DNA of 64,000 bases from Candidatus Gottesmanbacteria bacterium (GTDB lineage: Bacteria; Patescibacteriota; Microgenomatia; UBA10105; UBA927): assembly GCA_963701185.1 (NCBI GenBank), contig OY969569.1:245735-309734 (forward strand). The letters run 5' to 3'. Of the stretch, positions 9,154 through 17,999 are shown piece after piece. A model generated the notes under the pieces. The model had not been told where the DNA came from. It saw only the letters and a list, made by a program, of their open reading frames with translations, and made no database searches. How positions within the stretch are numbered: position 1 is the stretch's first letter; every line of letters starts with the position of its first letter. The position numbers were made by a program, and so were the translations under genes.

Positions 9154-10302
9154 ATGCTGATTAAACCCGACATTGCCCGGTTTGCAAAAATTAAAGTCAT
9201 CGGTATCGGCGGCGGCGGCTGCAATGCTATCAACTCCATGATTGCCGGAAGCCAGATAACCGGGGTGGATTTCTTAGGACTGAATACCGATGCTCAGGCG
9301 CTTCTCACCTGTCAGGCGACGACGAAAGTGCAGATCGGAGAAAATCTTACTCGGGGTCTCGGGGCCGGAGGCGATCCGGACATAGGGAAACAGGCCGCGG
9401 AAGAATCGCGCGAGAAACTCAAGGAATACTTGCGGGATGCGGACATGGTATTTTTGACCTGCGGAGAAGGGGGAGGCACCGGAACGGGAGCAACGCCGAT
9501 TGTTGCTGAAATTGCCAAAGAACTCGGGTCCCTCACGGTGGCGGTTGTTACCAAACCGTTCCATTTTGAGGGAACGCGCCGCATGGTGACTGCAGAAGAA
9601 GGCATCATGAATCTCAAGGATAAGGTGGATACGCTTATCGTCATTCCCAACCAGCGGCTTATGGAAGTGATTGATAAAAAAATGACCCTCCTTGACGCCT
9701 TCCGTGTGACAGATTCGGTTCTGGGGCAGGGTGTTCAGGGCATTGCGGACCTTATCACCATGCCGGGTCTCATCAACGTGGATTTTGCCGATGTCCGGAC
9801 CATTATGACCAGTGCCGGAAGTTCCCTTATGGGGATCGGGACCGGCGTCGGAGAAAATAGAGCCGCCACGGCTGCCCGGACCGCCATCGCCTCTCCGCTT
9901 TTGGAGATTTCCATTGACGGGGCGAAGGGCGTCTTATTTAATATTACCGGCGGGCCGGATCTCACGATGGCTGAGGTGGATGAAGCCGCAAAACAGATTG
10001 CCGCCGCAGTTGATCCTGATGCCAACATCATTTTCGGCGCAACCATTGACCAGAATATGGTGGATCAGGTGAAAATTACCGTGATCGCCACGGGATTTGA
10101 TGAAACAAAAAAACGCCTGCGGGAGTTATCCGGCCAGCCCAGCTACAGCACCATGGCCCAGCCGACACAGACCCGCGTGACCCAAACGTCCAACCAGCCC
10201 CAGCCAAAGGCTGGCCAGCCTTTGGCTGGCCCGCGCGACGATGATCTTCCGCCGGAGGAAGACGAATTCGACATCCCCGCATTCCTGCGGCAGAGAAGTT
10301 AG
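9154..10302 (+). CDS. ftsZ: Cell division protein FtsZ
   Basis: GGGTGTG signature, NVDFADV, C-terminal DIPAFLR. Confidence 0.98.
   Translation: MLIKPDIARFAKIKVIGIGGGGCNAINSMIAGSQITGVDFLGLNTDAQALLTCQATTKVQIGENLTRGLGAGGDPDIGKQAAEESREKLKEYLRDADMVFLTCGEGGGTGTGATPIVAEIAKELGSLTVAVVTKPFHFEGTRRMVTAEEGIMNLKDKVDTLIVIPNQRLMEVIDKKMTLLDAFRVTDSVLGQGVQGIADLITMPGLINVDFADVRTIMTSAGSSLMGIGTGVGENRAATAARTAIASPLLEISIDGAKGVLFNITGGPDLTMAEVDEAAKQIAAAVDPDANIIFGATIDQNMVDQVKITVIATGFDETKKRLRELSGQPSYSTMAQPTQTRVTQTSNQPQPKAGQPLAGPRDDDLPPEEDEFDIPAFLRQRS
10200..10229. repeat. Perfect 30-bp palindrome inside the ftsZ linker
   Basis: CCAGCCAAAGGCTGG CCAGCCTTTGGCTGG; encodes QPKAGQPLAG. Confidence 0.9.
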
Positions 10303-10354
10303 AATCGCGGCGATAATTAGTTGTAGTATTTGTAAATACTTCTATAATAAAAGT

Positions 10355-11449
10355 ATGCCTGCCGCATCCCCTGCTGTACGTAAGAAAGTTTTGAGATGGG
10401 GTGTGTCGCGTGCCGCGGAGCCAGGAAAACGGAAGCAAAAGAAGCAGACAATCAAAACCATTCTTGTTAAGCATGATGAAAATCCGATAATTTTACCGAA
10501 CAGGGAGAACGGATGGGAAGCGTGGCAGACGTTTAATCCTGGGGCAATACTGCTTAATGATAAAATTCATTTTCTGTATCGGGCAATCGGTGAAGACGGG
10601 ATATCCCGGTTGGGGTATGCCGTTTCAAGCGACGGATTCCATATTGATGACCGTTTATCGTATCCGGCGTATGAGCACAAGATAAAAGACAGGGTATATA
10701 CGCTGTATTCATATTTTTCCGGCGGCAGTTGGGGCGGCGCTGAAGATCCGCGCATTGTCCGTGTGGACAATGAAGATACGCTCTATGTCATGTATACAGC
10801 CTGTGATAACGGACTTCGGGTGGGATTGACATCAATTAGCGTCGATGATTTTTTACATAATCGGTGGCGATGGAAGCCGCCGGTTCTGGTTTCGCCGCCA
10901 GGTGAGATTCATAAAAACTGGTTGATTTTTCCTGAAAAAATCCACGGCAAATACGCTATCCTTCACAGTATCAGGCCGGTAATCCAAATAGAATACGTTG
11001 ATAGTCTGAATTTTGACGATACGGCGTACATCCGTAGTTCTTATGGCGGAGGCCCGCGGACGCGATGTTGGGATAAGTGGCTGCGGGGAGCCGGAGCGCC
11101 TCCCATAAAAACTCGGGAGGGTTGGCTTTTGTTTTATCATGCAATAGATGGTGACTGGAGTAAATATAAGGTGGGAGTCATGCTTCTTGATCTTGATGAT
11201 CCGACAAAAATACTCTGCCGCGCCAAAAAACCGATACTTGAACCGACAGAGTCGTATGAAAACAACGGGTACAAATCCGGCGTCGTGTATGTTTCGGGAG
11301 CGGCCGTAAAAAACGGCAATCTTTTCGTGTATTATGGCTGTGCAGACAATTATATCGGCGTTGCGTATGCGAATCTGGACGAATTTGTCGAGATGCTGAA
11401 AAAAGATGCAACCCCGACACTACGCGTAAAGACGTTAAAGAAAAAGTAA
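10355..11449 (+). CDS. GH130-like glycoside hydrolase/phosphorylase (beta-propeller)
   Basis: FNPGA, LYRA, GAEDPRI, KNW, YYGCAD motifs; TATAAT 6 nt before ATG 10355. Confidence 0.8.
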   Translation: MPAASPAVRKKVLRWGVSRAAEPGKRKQKKQTIKTILVKHDENPIILPNRENGWEAWQTFNPGAILLNDKIHFLYRAIGEDGISRLGYAVSSDGFHIDDRLSYPAYEHKIKDRVYTLYSYFSGGSWGGAEDPRIVRVDNEDTLYVMYTACDNGLRVGLTSISVDDFLHNRWRWKPPVLVSPPGEIHKNWLIFPEKIHGKYAILHSIRPVIQIEYVDSLNFDDTAYIRSSYGGGPRTRCWDKWLRGAGAPPIKTREGWLLFYHAIDGDWSKYKVGVMLLDLDDPTKILCRAKKPILEPTESYENNGYKSGVVYVSGAAVKNGNLFVYYGCADNYIGVAYANLDEFVEMLKKDATPTLRVKTLKKK

Positions 11450-11453
11450 TATC

Positions 11454-13376
11454 ATGCTTGTTCAACGATTCAATAAAAATCCTATACTGACGCCCAAAAG
11501 TACATATTTTTGGCAGGCGGAGGCAGTTTTTAACGGCTGCCCGGTAAAAAAGGGAGAAAAAACGTATCTCGTGTACAGGGCCCTTTCCTTGCCGCACTTT
11601 CACCGGCTGGGTCAGCAACGGATGCGCGTTTCCAATATCGGCATTGCCGAAAGTTTTGACGGAATCAATTTTTCCAACCACAAACACTTTATTTTTCCGG
11701 AGTACCCATGGGAAAAATTCGGATGTGAAGATCCGCGGGTCACAAAACTCAATGACAAATACTTTATTTTTTATACGGCCCTATCGGAATATCCGCCGCG
11801 TGCTGACGGGATTAAAATTGCCGTGGCTGTCAGCGAGGACATGGAAACCATTAAAGAAAAACACCTCGTGACGACATTCAATTCCAAAGCCATGGCTCTT
11901 TTTCCGGAAATAATCGACGGAAAAATGTGGGCTATTCTGACAGTCCATACCGATCATCCTCCGGCAAAAATTTGTCTTGCATCATTTGACAACGAAAGTG
12001 ATATGTGGTCCCAACATTATTGGGAGGATTGGTACACAGCATTTGAGGATTCTGCATTGCCTCTTCAACGAAGACCTGAAGATCATATTGAGGTTGGCGC
12101 GCCGCCTTTAAAAACCCGTGACGGCTGGTTAGTCATATATTCGTATATTAAAAATTATTTTTCTCCGGAGAGACTCTTCGGATTTGAGGCAGTGTTGCTT
12201 GATTTACATAATCCTTTAAAAATCATTGGGCACACGGATGCGCCCTTTTTAACGCCGGAAGAGTATTATGAGAAAATGGGAATGATTTCGAATGTCATTT
12301 TTCCTTCCGGGGCCTCGATAGAAAATAATACCGTTCATCTTTATTACGGAGCCGCCGATACCACGTGCTGTCTTGTTGATATAAAGCTTGACTATCTGCT
12401 GAGACGGATAATGAAAAAAGATAGAAATCCCATAAAGTTTCAGCGCCAAAAAGAAAATCCGATTATCACCCCCAACCCGGAACATTCGTGGGAATCCAAA
12501 GCAACTCTTAATCCGGGAGCGATCAGTCTTGAGGGTACGATACATCTTCTGTATCGGGCGATGTCGGAAGACAACACGTCTGTTTTTGGTTACGCGAACA
12601 CGCAGGACGGTATTCACCTTGATCATCGTTCACCGCAACCGGTCTATAGTCCGCGGGAGCCTTTTGAACAAAAATTAGTTCCCGGGGGGAACTCCGGCTG
12701 CGAAGATCCCCGGCTTACGCAAATTGATGACAGAATTTATATGTTCTACACTGCGTTTGACGGAAGAAATTTACCCCGGATAGCTGTGACGTGGATATCC
12801 GTGAAGGATTTTCTGCTCCAGGCATGGAATTGGTCAAAACCACTGCTGATCTCATCACCTGATTTTGCCAACAAAAACGCATGTATTTTTCCGGAAAAAA
12901 TTGACGGGAAGTATTTTATTATCCATCGCTGCGGGAATGACATTGATTTTCATGTGTGTTCGGATTTAAATTTTGATGGCATTTCCTGGTTAGAGGAAAA
13001 CCGTTGGATCGCTCCCCGGAGGGGCATGTGGGACGATGAAAAAATAGGACTGGTAGCGCCGCCGCTTAAAACAGAACAGGGATGGATACTTTTTTATCAC
13101 GGGATTTCTTCGGAAGACCGTTTTTATCGGATAGGCGCGTGTTTGCTGGATTTCGAGAACCCTACGAAAATACTTGCGCGATTAGATAATCCAATCTTAG
13201 AACCGGAAACCGAGTATGAAAAAAAAGGAATCGTCCCGAACGTTGTTTTTCCCTGCGGCGCGGTCATACGGGAAAAAACTATTTTTATGTACTACGGCGG
13301 CGGCGATAAAGTCATCGGCGTCGCAACAATTCCGGTAAACGATTTGCTTGAAAGTCTTGAGTTTTATCGATATTAG
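11454..13376 (+). CDS. Tandem two-domain GH130-like glycosidase
   Basis: Two repeats of NPI..FN/LN..GCEDPR..PPLKT..NV(I/V)FP..YYG. Confidence 0.85.
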   Translation: MLVQRFNKNPILTPKSTYFWQAEAVFNGCPVKKGEKTYLVYRALSLPHFHRLGQQRMRVSNIGIAESFDGINFSNHKHFIFPEYPWEKFGCEDPRVTKLNDKYFIFYTALSEYPPRADGIKIAVAVSEDMETIKEKHLVTTFNSKAMALFPEIIDGKMWAILTVHTDHPPAKICLASFDNESDMWSQHYWEDWYTAFEDSALPLQRRPEDHIEVGAPPLKTRDGWLVIYSYIKNYFSPERLFGFEAVLLDLHNPLKIIGHTDAPFLTPEEYYEKMGMISNVIFPSGASIENNTVHLYYGAADTTCCLVDIKLDYLLRRIMKKDRNPIKFQRQKENPIITPNPEHSWESKATLNPGAISLEGTIHLLYRAMSEDNTSVFGYANTQDGIHLDHRSPQPVYSPREPFEQKLVPGGNSGCEDPRLTQIDDRIYMFYTAFDGRNLPRIAVTWISVKDFLLQAWNWSKPLLISSPDFANKNACIFPEKIDGKYFIIHRCGNDIDFHVCSDLNFDGISWLEENRWIAPRRGMWDDEKIGLVAPPLKTEQGWILFYHGISSEDRFYRIGACLLDFENPTKILARLDNPILEPETEYEKKGIVPNVVFPCGAVIREKTIFMYYGGGDKVIGVATIPVNDLLESLEFYRY

Positions 13377-13385
13377 GTCTGCGTT

Positions 13386-14735
13386 ATGGATATGGAATAT
13401 CTCCTGCGCCCGGATGTGCTTCTGGTTTTTACGTACGCGCCTGCGGGCCTCGGACACCTGCGGGTCACGGATGCCCTACATGACGGGTTGCCCGGCGGCG
13501 CCCATTCGGTACTTTTGGGCGCCGACGATACGCGCATTACCTATTGGCACCGGCTCATAAGCATTAATCCTGTTCTCCGGCGGATCATGGAATGGTTTCA
13601 AAAAGAGGAACAGCAAAGGTGGTTTAGCACGCTGTACGTTTTTGCGCTCCGGCATTCAACGGAGCGCCTCTATCGGCAGATGGAGCATTTACTGAGGACT
13701 CAGTGGCACGATAAAAAGGTCATGGTCGTTCTTTCCACGCACTTCGGACTTGCGCACCAGATTGCTGCCATCCGGCCGCGCCTTGAGAAAAAGTTCAGCA
13801 TGAAAATTGTACTGGTCGTGCAGGTGACGGATGCCACGTCCATGAAGATCTGGTATGTCGCAGGAGCGGATCTTATTACCGTCCCCAGTGAAAAAGTGAA
13901 AACAGAGCTGACGCAGTATGAGGGAAAACCCGGACGCAGCAGAACCGAGATTGCCGTGTTGCCGTACCCGTTAGGCAAAACGCTCGGGATGAGTCTCACG
14001 GGCGGCGAGTACGAACAAAGGCTCCGCCAGTACAACAAGGGTTCGGACGCAAGGATCAACGTCGTCCTGCCGGTTTCGGGGGCGGCAGTGGGACTGGCGT
14101 ATTATGATCAATTAATCCGCCGGCTGACGGAAAGTTCCGTCAGGTTCCGGATGTATCTGGTTGCCAGTAATACGATGCATACCGGGCCGTTTATCAGAAA
14201 AATGGAAGCGAAAAGTTCCGTGACGGTCGTGACTGCAGGATCGGATAAGGAAGTAGTGGATAACTACGAAAAACTTTACGGACGGGAAGTCATAGCCATC
14301 GAGATAGTCAAACCCAGCGAACAGTCCTTTAAGGCACTCCTGTCGCCGACGCAGCGGGGCGGCTCGATCATGCTTTTTATGCAGCCGATCGGGAAACAGG
14401 AAGAGGATAATCTGGCATTTTTAGCCGATCATAAGCTGCTGCCAAATCCGGAAGATCAGGAGAAACTCTCCCGCTATGCGCTGGCCCAGAAGATGCCTGG
14501 CGATGCGGAGTGTTTTGCGTGTCTGGAGCGGGCCCGTGTTTGGAAAGCTCTCCGGCTCACCAACGACCCAACGAAAGATGTAAAAATTATTAATTGGTGC
14601 ATCCGGGTCGGGATATTTGAGACTATGGCAAGACGCCGGGAGGCTATTTCTAAAGATCCGGAGCTTGCCGCAAACGGCGTTGGCCAATTTTGGGAAAAAG
14701 TGGATGTGTTGGTAAAAAAGAAACTGTTGGATTGA
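13386..14735 (+). CDS. Putative GT-B fold glycosyltransferase (MGDG-synthase/GT28-like)
   Basis: N-terminal AGLGH, STHF, VTD and C-terminal KPSE..GKQEEDN resemble GT28-like enzymes. Confidence 0.45.
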   Translation: MDMEYLLRPDVLLVFTYAPAGLGHLRVTDALHDGLPGGAHSVLLGADDTRITYWHRLISINPVLRRIMEWFQKEEQQRWFSTLYVFALRHSTERLYRQMEHLLRTQWHDKKVMVVLSTHFGLAHQIAAIRPRLEKKFSMKIVLVVQVTDATSMKIWYVAGADLITVPSEKVKTELTQYEGKPGRSRTEIAVLPYPLGKTLGMSLTGGEYEQRLRQYNKGSDARINVVLPVSGAAVGLAYYDQLIRRLTESSVRFRMYLVASNTMHTGPFIRKMEAKSSVTVVTAGSDKEVVDNYEKLYGREVIAIEIVKPSEQSFKALLSPTQRGGSIMLFMQPIGKQEEDNLAFLADHKLLPNPEDQEKLSRYALAQKMPGDAECFACLERARVWKALRLTNDPTKDVKIINWCIRVGIFETMARRREAISKDPELAANGVGQFWEKVDVLVKKKLLD

Positions 14736-14760
14736 CAACGATACTGTGGGGGGACATAAT
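14732..14760 (+). promoter_or_regulatory. sigma70-type promoter, leaderless
   Basis: TTGACA-17-CATAAT; ATG at 14768. Confidence 0.6.
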
Positions 14761-14767
14761 GAAAATA

Positions 14768-15259
14768 ATGAGGCTTTCGACTTTGGTGATCGGCAGTTTT
14801 CTTTTCGTTACTATCCCGTTTTCGCAGGTAGTTGCCGCTCGTCCATCCGGTATTCCCACACGGAGACCGACGCCAGTGATGACACAACGGGCGGAGAAAC
14901 TGAATGCCGTCCTTACCCGCATGGTGAGTTTGAGCCGGCAGCGGCTGGATAACTACCGGGCATTCCTGACCAAAGTTCAGACGCGGATTGATAAACTTCA
15001 GGCAGACGGACATGACGTGAGCCGTTTCACCTCGTATATTACCCTGGCACATACCAATATTACTGCGGTAGATACGGCCATTACGCACATGACCCAAACG
15101 TTTGCCGCCCTCGATACCACCTCGGATAGGAAAACAATAATGGTAACAGTCCGGGCAGAGCTCACGAACGTCCGGAAAGCGTTTACCACGCTTCATACCA
15201 CGATGAAGCAGGTGGTGGAGCAGATAATCGATCAACAAACAAAAACACAGGAGAACTAA
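14768..15259 (+). CDS. Secreted alpha-helical/coiled-coil protein
   Basis: Signal peptide (VVA), PT-rich linker, helical body; start re-called from the promoter position. Confidence 0.65.
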   Translation: MRLSTLVIGSFLFVTIPFSQVVAARPSGIPTRRPTPVMTQRAEKLNAVLTRMVSLSRQRLDNYRAFLTKVQTRIDKLQADGHDVSRFTSYITLAHTNITAVDTAITHMTQTFAALDTTSDRKTIMVTVRAELTNVRKAFTTLHTTMKQVVEQIIDQQTKTQEN

Positions 15260-15260
15260 T

Positions 15261-15494
15261 ATGGCAACAAAAAATACAAATCAGAATATAGCCCTGTTTG
15301 CAGTCATTGCAATCGTCGTGTGGGGTTTTGTCTACTTTTCCATGCGGGCCGGTCCCGGTGCAACGGTAAGTCGCGCGTCGCCCGGCACCACACTGACCGC
15401 CGGTGATGACGGACTCTCGCTGCAGCAGGATCTCAACGGCCTACAAAATGATCCAACGCTTGGGGAAGAAACCCAGCTCAATAGCGTTCAATAG
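15261..15494 (+). CDS. Small single-TM hypothetical protein
   Basis: AGGAG SD, N-terminal TM helix. Confidence 0.6.
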   Translation: MATKNTNQNIALFAVIAIVVWGFVYFSMRAGPGATVSRASPGTTLTAGDDGLSLQQDLNGLQNDPTLGEETQLNSVQ

Positions 15495-15503
15495 GAGGGG
15501 TGT

Positions 15504-16235
15504 ATGAAGGCTGTCAAAACGTTTCTTATCATTGCGGTTTTGAGCCTCGTAGCCGTCACGTCCGCAGTATTGGCGAAAGAGCAGGACGACCGCGGCCCGC
15601 TTACCAAAATTACCTTTATTCATTACAAAAAAGATAAAAATCCGGCAAAGCCAGGGGGAGGCACAAAGCCCGGCTCCACAGCCTGCTACGGGTATTTAGC
15701 CCGCGGCGCAAAATGGAAAACAACGGAGCCGTATATCGTGAACCCGACCAATTCAGAGGGATTAAGTTCATCTCAAGTCTTTAACGCCGTGAGTGCGGGG
15801 GTTCAGGAATGGGATAGTCATCACGCAGGACCGGCAATTTTCGGAACCGGCAGTACCGATTCAAGCGCGGTGTACAACGAGGCGGCGCTGGACAATAAAA
15901 ACGTGGTTGTGTTCGGCGGGGGACTTGCTTCCAATATCATAGCCGTCACCAATGTCTGGGGATATTTCGGCGGTGCGCCGCAAACGAGAGGATTAGTTGA
16001 GTGGGATATGAAATTGAATTCAGTGTTTCAATGGGGCGACGGGGCGACCAACCCTGCTTTGATGGATCTGCAAAATATCGCAACCCATGAGTTGGGCCAC
16101 AGTGCAGGCATGGACGATCTCTATACGACCAGCTGCAACCTGGAAACGATGTACGGCTATTCAACCGAGGGAGACACGATAAAGCGCGATCTCAACACCG
16201 GCGACATCACCGGCCTCCAGGCGTTGTACCAATAA
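15504..16235 (+). CDS. Secreted metzincin (matrixin-like) metalloprotease
   Basis: Signal peptide, HELGHSAGMDD zinc motif, Met-turn ETMYG, AGGAGG SD. Confidence 0.8.
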   Translation: MKAVKTFLIIAVLSLVAVTSAVLAKEQDDRGPLTKITFIHYKKDKNPAKPGGGTKPGSTACYGYLARGAKWKTTEPYIVNPTNSEGLSSSQVFNAVSAGVQEWDSHHAGPAIFGTGSTDSSAVYNEAALDNKNVVVFGGGLASNIIAVTNVWGYFGGAPQTRGLVEWDMKLNSVFQWGDGATNPALMDLQNIATHELGHSAGMDDLYTTSCNLETMYGYSTEGDTIKRDLNTGDITGLQALYQ

Positions 16236-16242
16236 GCTTCGG

Positions 16243-16280
16243 GAGAACCAAACAACCCATCAGAAGTTTCCGATGGGCTG
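16243..16280 (-). repeat. Hairpin repeat copy 1 (probable bidirectional terminator)
   Basis: GAGAACCAAACAACCCATCAGAAGTTTCCGATGGGCTG. Confidence 0.85.
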
Positions 16281-16300
16281 GTTTGTTTAATTAACGTCAA

Positions 16301-16870
16301 TCACTTTACTTTATACGCACCGTATCCAGTTGGGTCCGCGTGAGCAAACCACAGATGTCCGGGTCCGTAACTCGGATCAGTTCCCTGATCCATAATCGTG
16401 GCAAATTGTCCCCAGATACCATATCCGCCCGCGGGTATCAAACTTGGATTTGCCGTATAGTTTCCTACCCAAACAATTTTATAATGCCACACCGCTCCTG
16501 ATCCTCCGGCAACCTTTCCGTTCCATTCATTGTTTTCCCATGCCTGATAGGGCGGATTCGTCCAACCCTCTTTATTTCCGCGGTCCCACTCGGCATTCCA
16601 TTTCATGACCAGTTTATCTTTGGCATATGCGCCGAGATAATCTGCGGGTAATCCTTTTGCAAGTGACCAGCTTTCGCCGGTTCCGTTAAATATTCTGGCC
16701 GTATAGTTGTATCCAAACTCGTTAAATCCGGTACTTGTGCCTTGGACGATTCCCTGATTAATGATTTGTGTAACCACTCCGCTGCTTCCGAGCAAATATG
16801 CAAATACTAAAGCAATGGCAACAAGAAATACCGGCCGTACCGTATTTCCTTTTTTCATTTTAACTTTCAT
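16301..16870 (-). CDS. Secreted/membrane-anchored hypothetical protein
   Basis: GAGGAGGTGA SD, N-terminal hydrophobic helix, Trp/Gly-rich domain. Confidence 0.8.
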   Translation of the reverse strand: MKVKMKKGNTVRPVFLVAIALVFAYLLGSSGVVTQIINQGIVQGTSTGFNEFGYNYTARIFNGTGESWSLAKGLPADYLGAYAKDKLVMKWNAEWDRGNKEGWTNPPYQAWENNEWNGKVAGGSGAVWHYKIVWVGNYTANPSLIPAGGYGIWGQFATIMDQGTDPSYGPGHLWFAHADPTGYGAYKVK

Positions 16871-16937
16871 GTGTCACCTCCTCTCAAATAAAGTTCCTAT
16901 AACCACTATATCAGATACTCATATGTGTCCACCACCG

Positions 16938-16960
16938 CCTACGAGGACTCTCCTCGTAGG
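16938..16960. repeat. Perfect 10-bp-arm hairpin in intergenic DNA
   Basis: CCTACGAGGA CTC TCCTCGTAGG. Confidence 0.75.
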
Positions 16961-16971
16961 TCTAAGGTATC

Positions 16972-17009
16972 GAGAACCAAACAACCCACCGGAAGTTTCC
17001 GATGGGTTG
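16972..17009 (-). repeat. Hairpin repeat copy 2
   Basis: GAGAACCAAACAACCCACCGGAAGTTTCCGATGGGTTG; 35/38 identical to copy 1. Confidence 0.85.
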
Positions 17010-17025
17010 AATGAATAACGAAAAT

Positions 17026-17889
17026 TTACGGAGATACTACCTGTTTACCTGCATGTACATTTGCCTGAACAGAGCTTATACATTCGCCTTGATTTTTGAA
17101 AGATGGGTTAGTAAATTCTTTCCATCCGTCCTTTTTACAATCATCTATTTTTGTCCCGACCCTATGGGCAAAAACTTGAACATTTATGTCGCTACTTTTA
17201 TCCCAACCACCATTACATATTCCGGTAATGGGACCAAGTGAGTTACAGACTTCAGGGTTACTAGATAAACTATTTTGGGGCCAAACAAGCCACCTATCGT
17301 CTGATCCTTGTTGTGTAGTACCACTTAAACCCGCGTTACTTGCATGGTTAAACCAATAATATGAAATTCCTGCTCTCAATGTCCCATCAACAGCGAAGTA
17401 ATATTTATTTCCGCCATCGATTTTAAAATCTAATTTAGTAAAATCATGTTGCCATATTGTACGATCAGCTCCACTTGAGCCTTGGTATGTCAAGGTCGTT
17501 CCAGGATACAAAACCACACTATGAGTGATGTTAGGATTTGAATCATCATTTGTTCCATCAGTTAAATTACCTGATGTTATTTCTGAGATTCCGCCTGTAC
17601 CAGCATATAAACTTATATTGCTAAAGAGGGTTCCTAAAAATTCGGTATTCCCCACACTCCATGTGCGGATGCCTGTTACGACCCACTTCTCTCCAGCTTT
17701 ACCAATAGTAAAATCGTCACCACTCACGTAATCGTTTCCATTCGACCAGGCAACGTTACTTCTTAAAGGTCCAGCAACATTGTTTAAATTTATATTTGGT
17801 AAGCCACGACCTACGACTGGTGGACTAAGTGCAAATACTGGTGTTGCGAGAAATAAAGATGCTACAATTCCAAAAATTATATTTTTCAT
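17026..17889 (-). CDS. Secreted beta-rich protein with C-terminal CKKxGW..FKNQGxC motif
   Basis: AGGAGGTGA SD, signal peptide (VFA), C-terminal DDCKKDGWKEFTNPSFKNQGECISSV. Confidence 0.85.
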   Translation of the reverse strand: MKNIIFGIVASLFLATPVFALSPPVVGRGLPNINLNNVAGPLRSNVAWSNGNDYVSGDDFTIGKAGEKWVVTGIRTWSVGNTEFLGTLFSNISLYAGTGGISEITSGNLTDGTNDDSNPNITHSVVLYPGTTLTYQGSSGADRTIWQHDFTKLDFKIDGGNKYYFAVDGTLRAGISYYWFNHASNAGLSGTTQQGSDDRWLVWPQNSLSSNPEVCNSLGPITGICNGGWDKSSDINVQVFAHRVGTKIDDCKKDGWKEFTNPSFKNQGECISSVQANVHAGKQVVSP

Positions 17890-17933
17890 TTATTTCACCT
17901 CCTTCCCTATAAATTTTTATAACCGATATTTCG

Positions 17934-17963
17934 AACAACCCATCGGATGTTTCCGGTGGGCTG
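17934..17963 (-). repeat. Hairpin repeat copy 3
   Basis: AACAACCCATCGGATGTTTCCGGTGGGCTG; 27/30 identical to copy 1. Confidence 0.8.
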
Positions 17964-17999
17964 CATAAAGCAATGCTTTAACTGCAAAATCGTAGTTTA

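Noticed and set aside
14474-15238. Long antisense/alternative-frame ORFs (e.g. 14474-15238, 43159-43830, 51244-51837)
   Set aside because: Shadow ORFs overlapping well-supported genes, with no recognisable motifs
16243-17963. Three 30-38 bp palindromic repeats as a CRISPR array or integron attC sites
   Set aside because: Spacers are whole genes (about 0.7-0.9 kb); no cas or intI gene in the window; no consistent RYYYAAC/GTTRRRY cores
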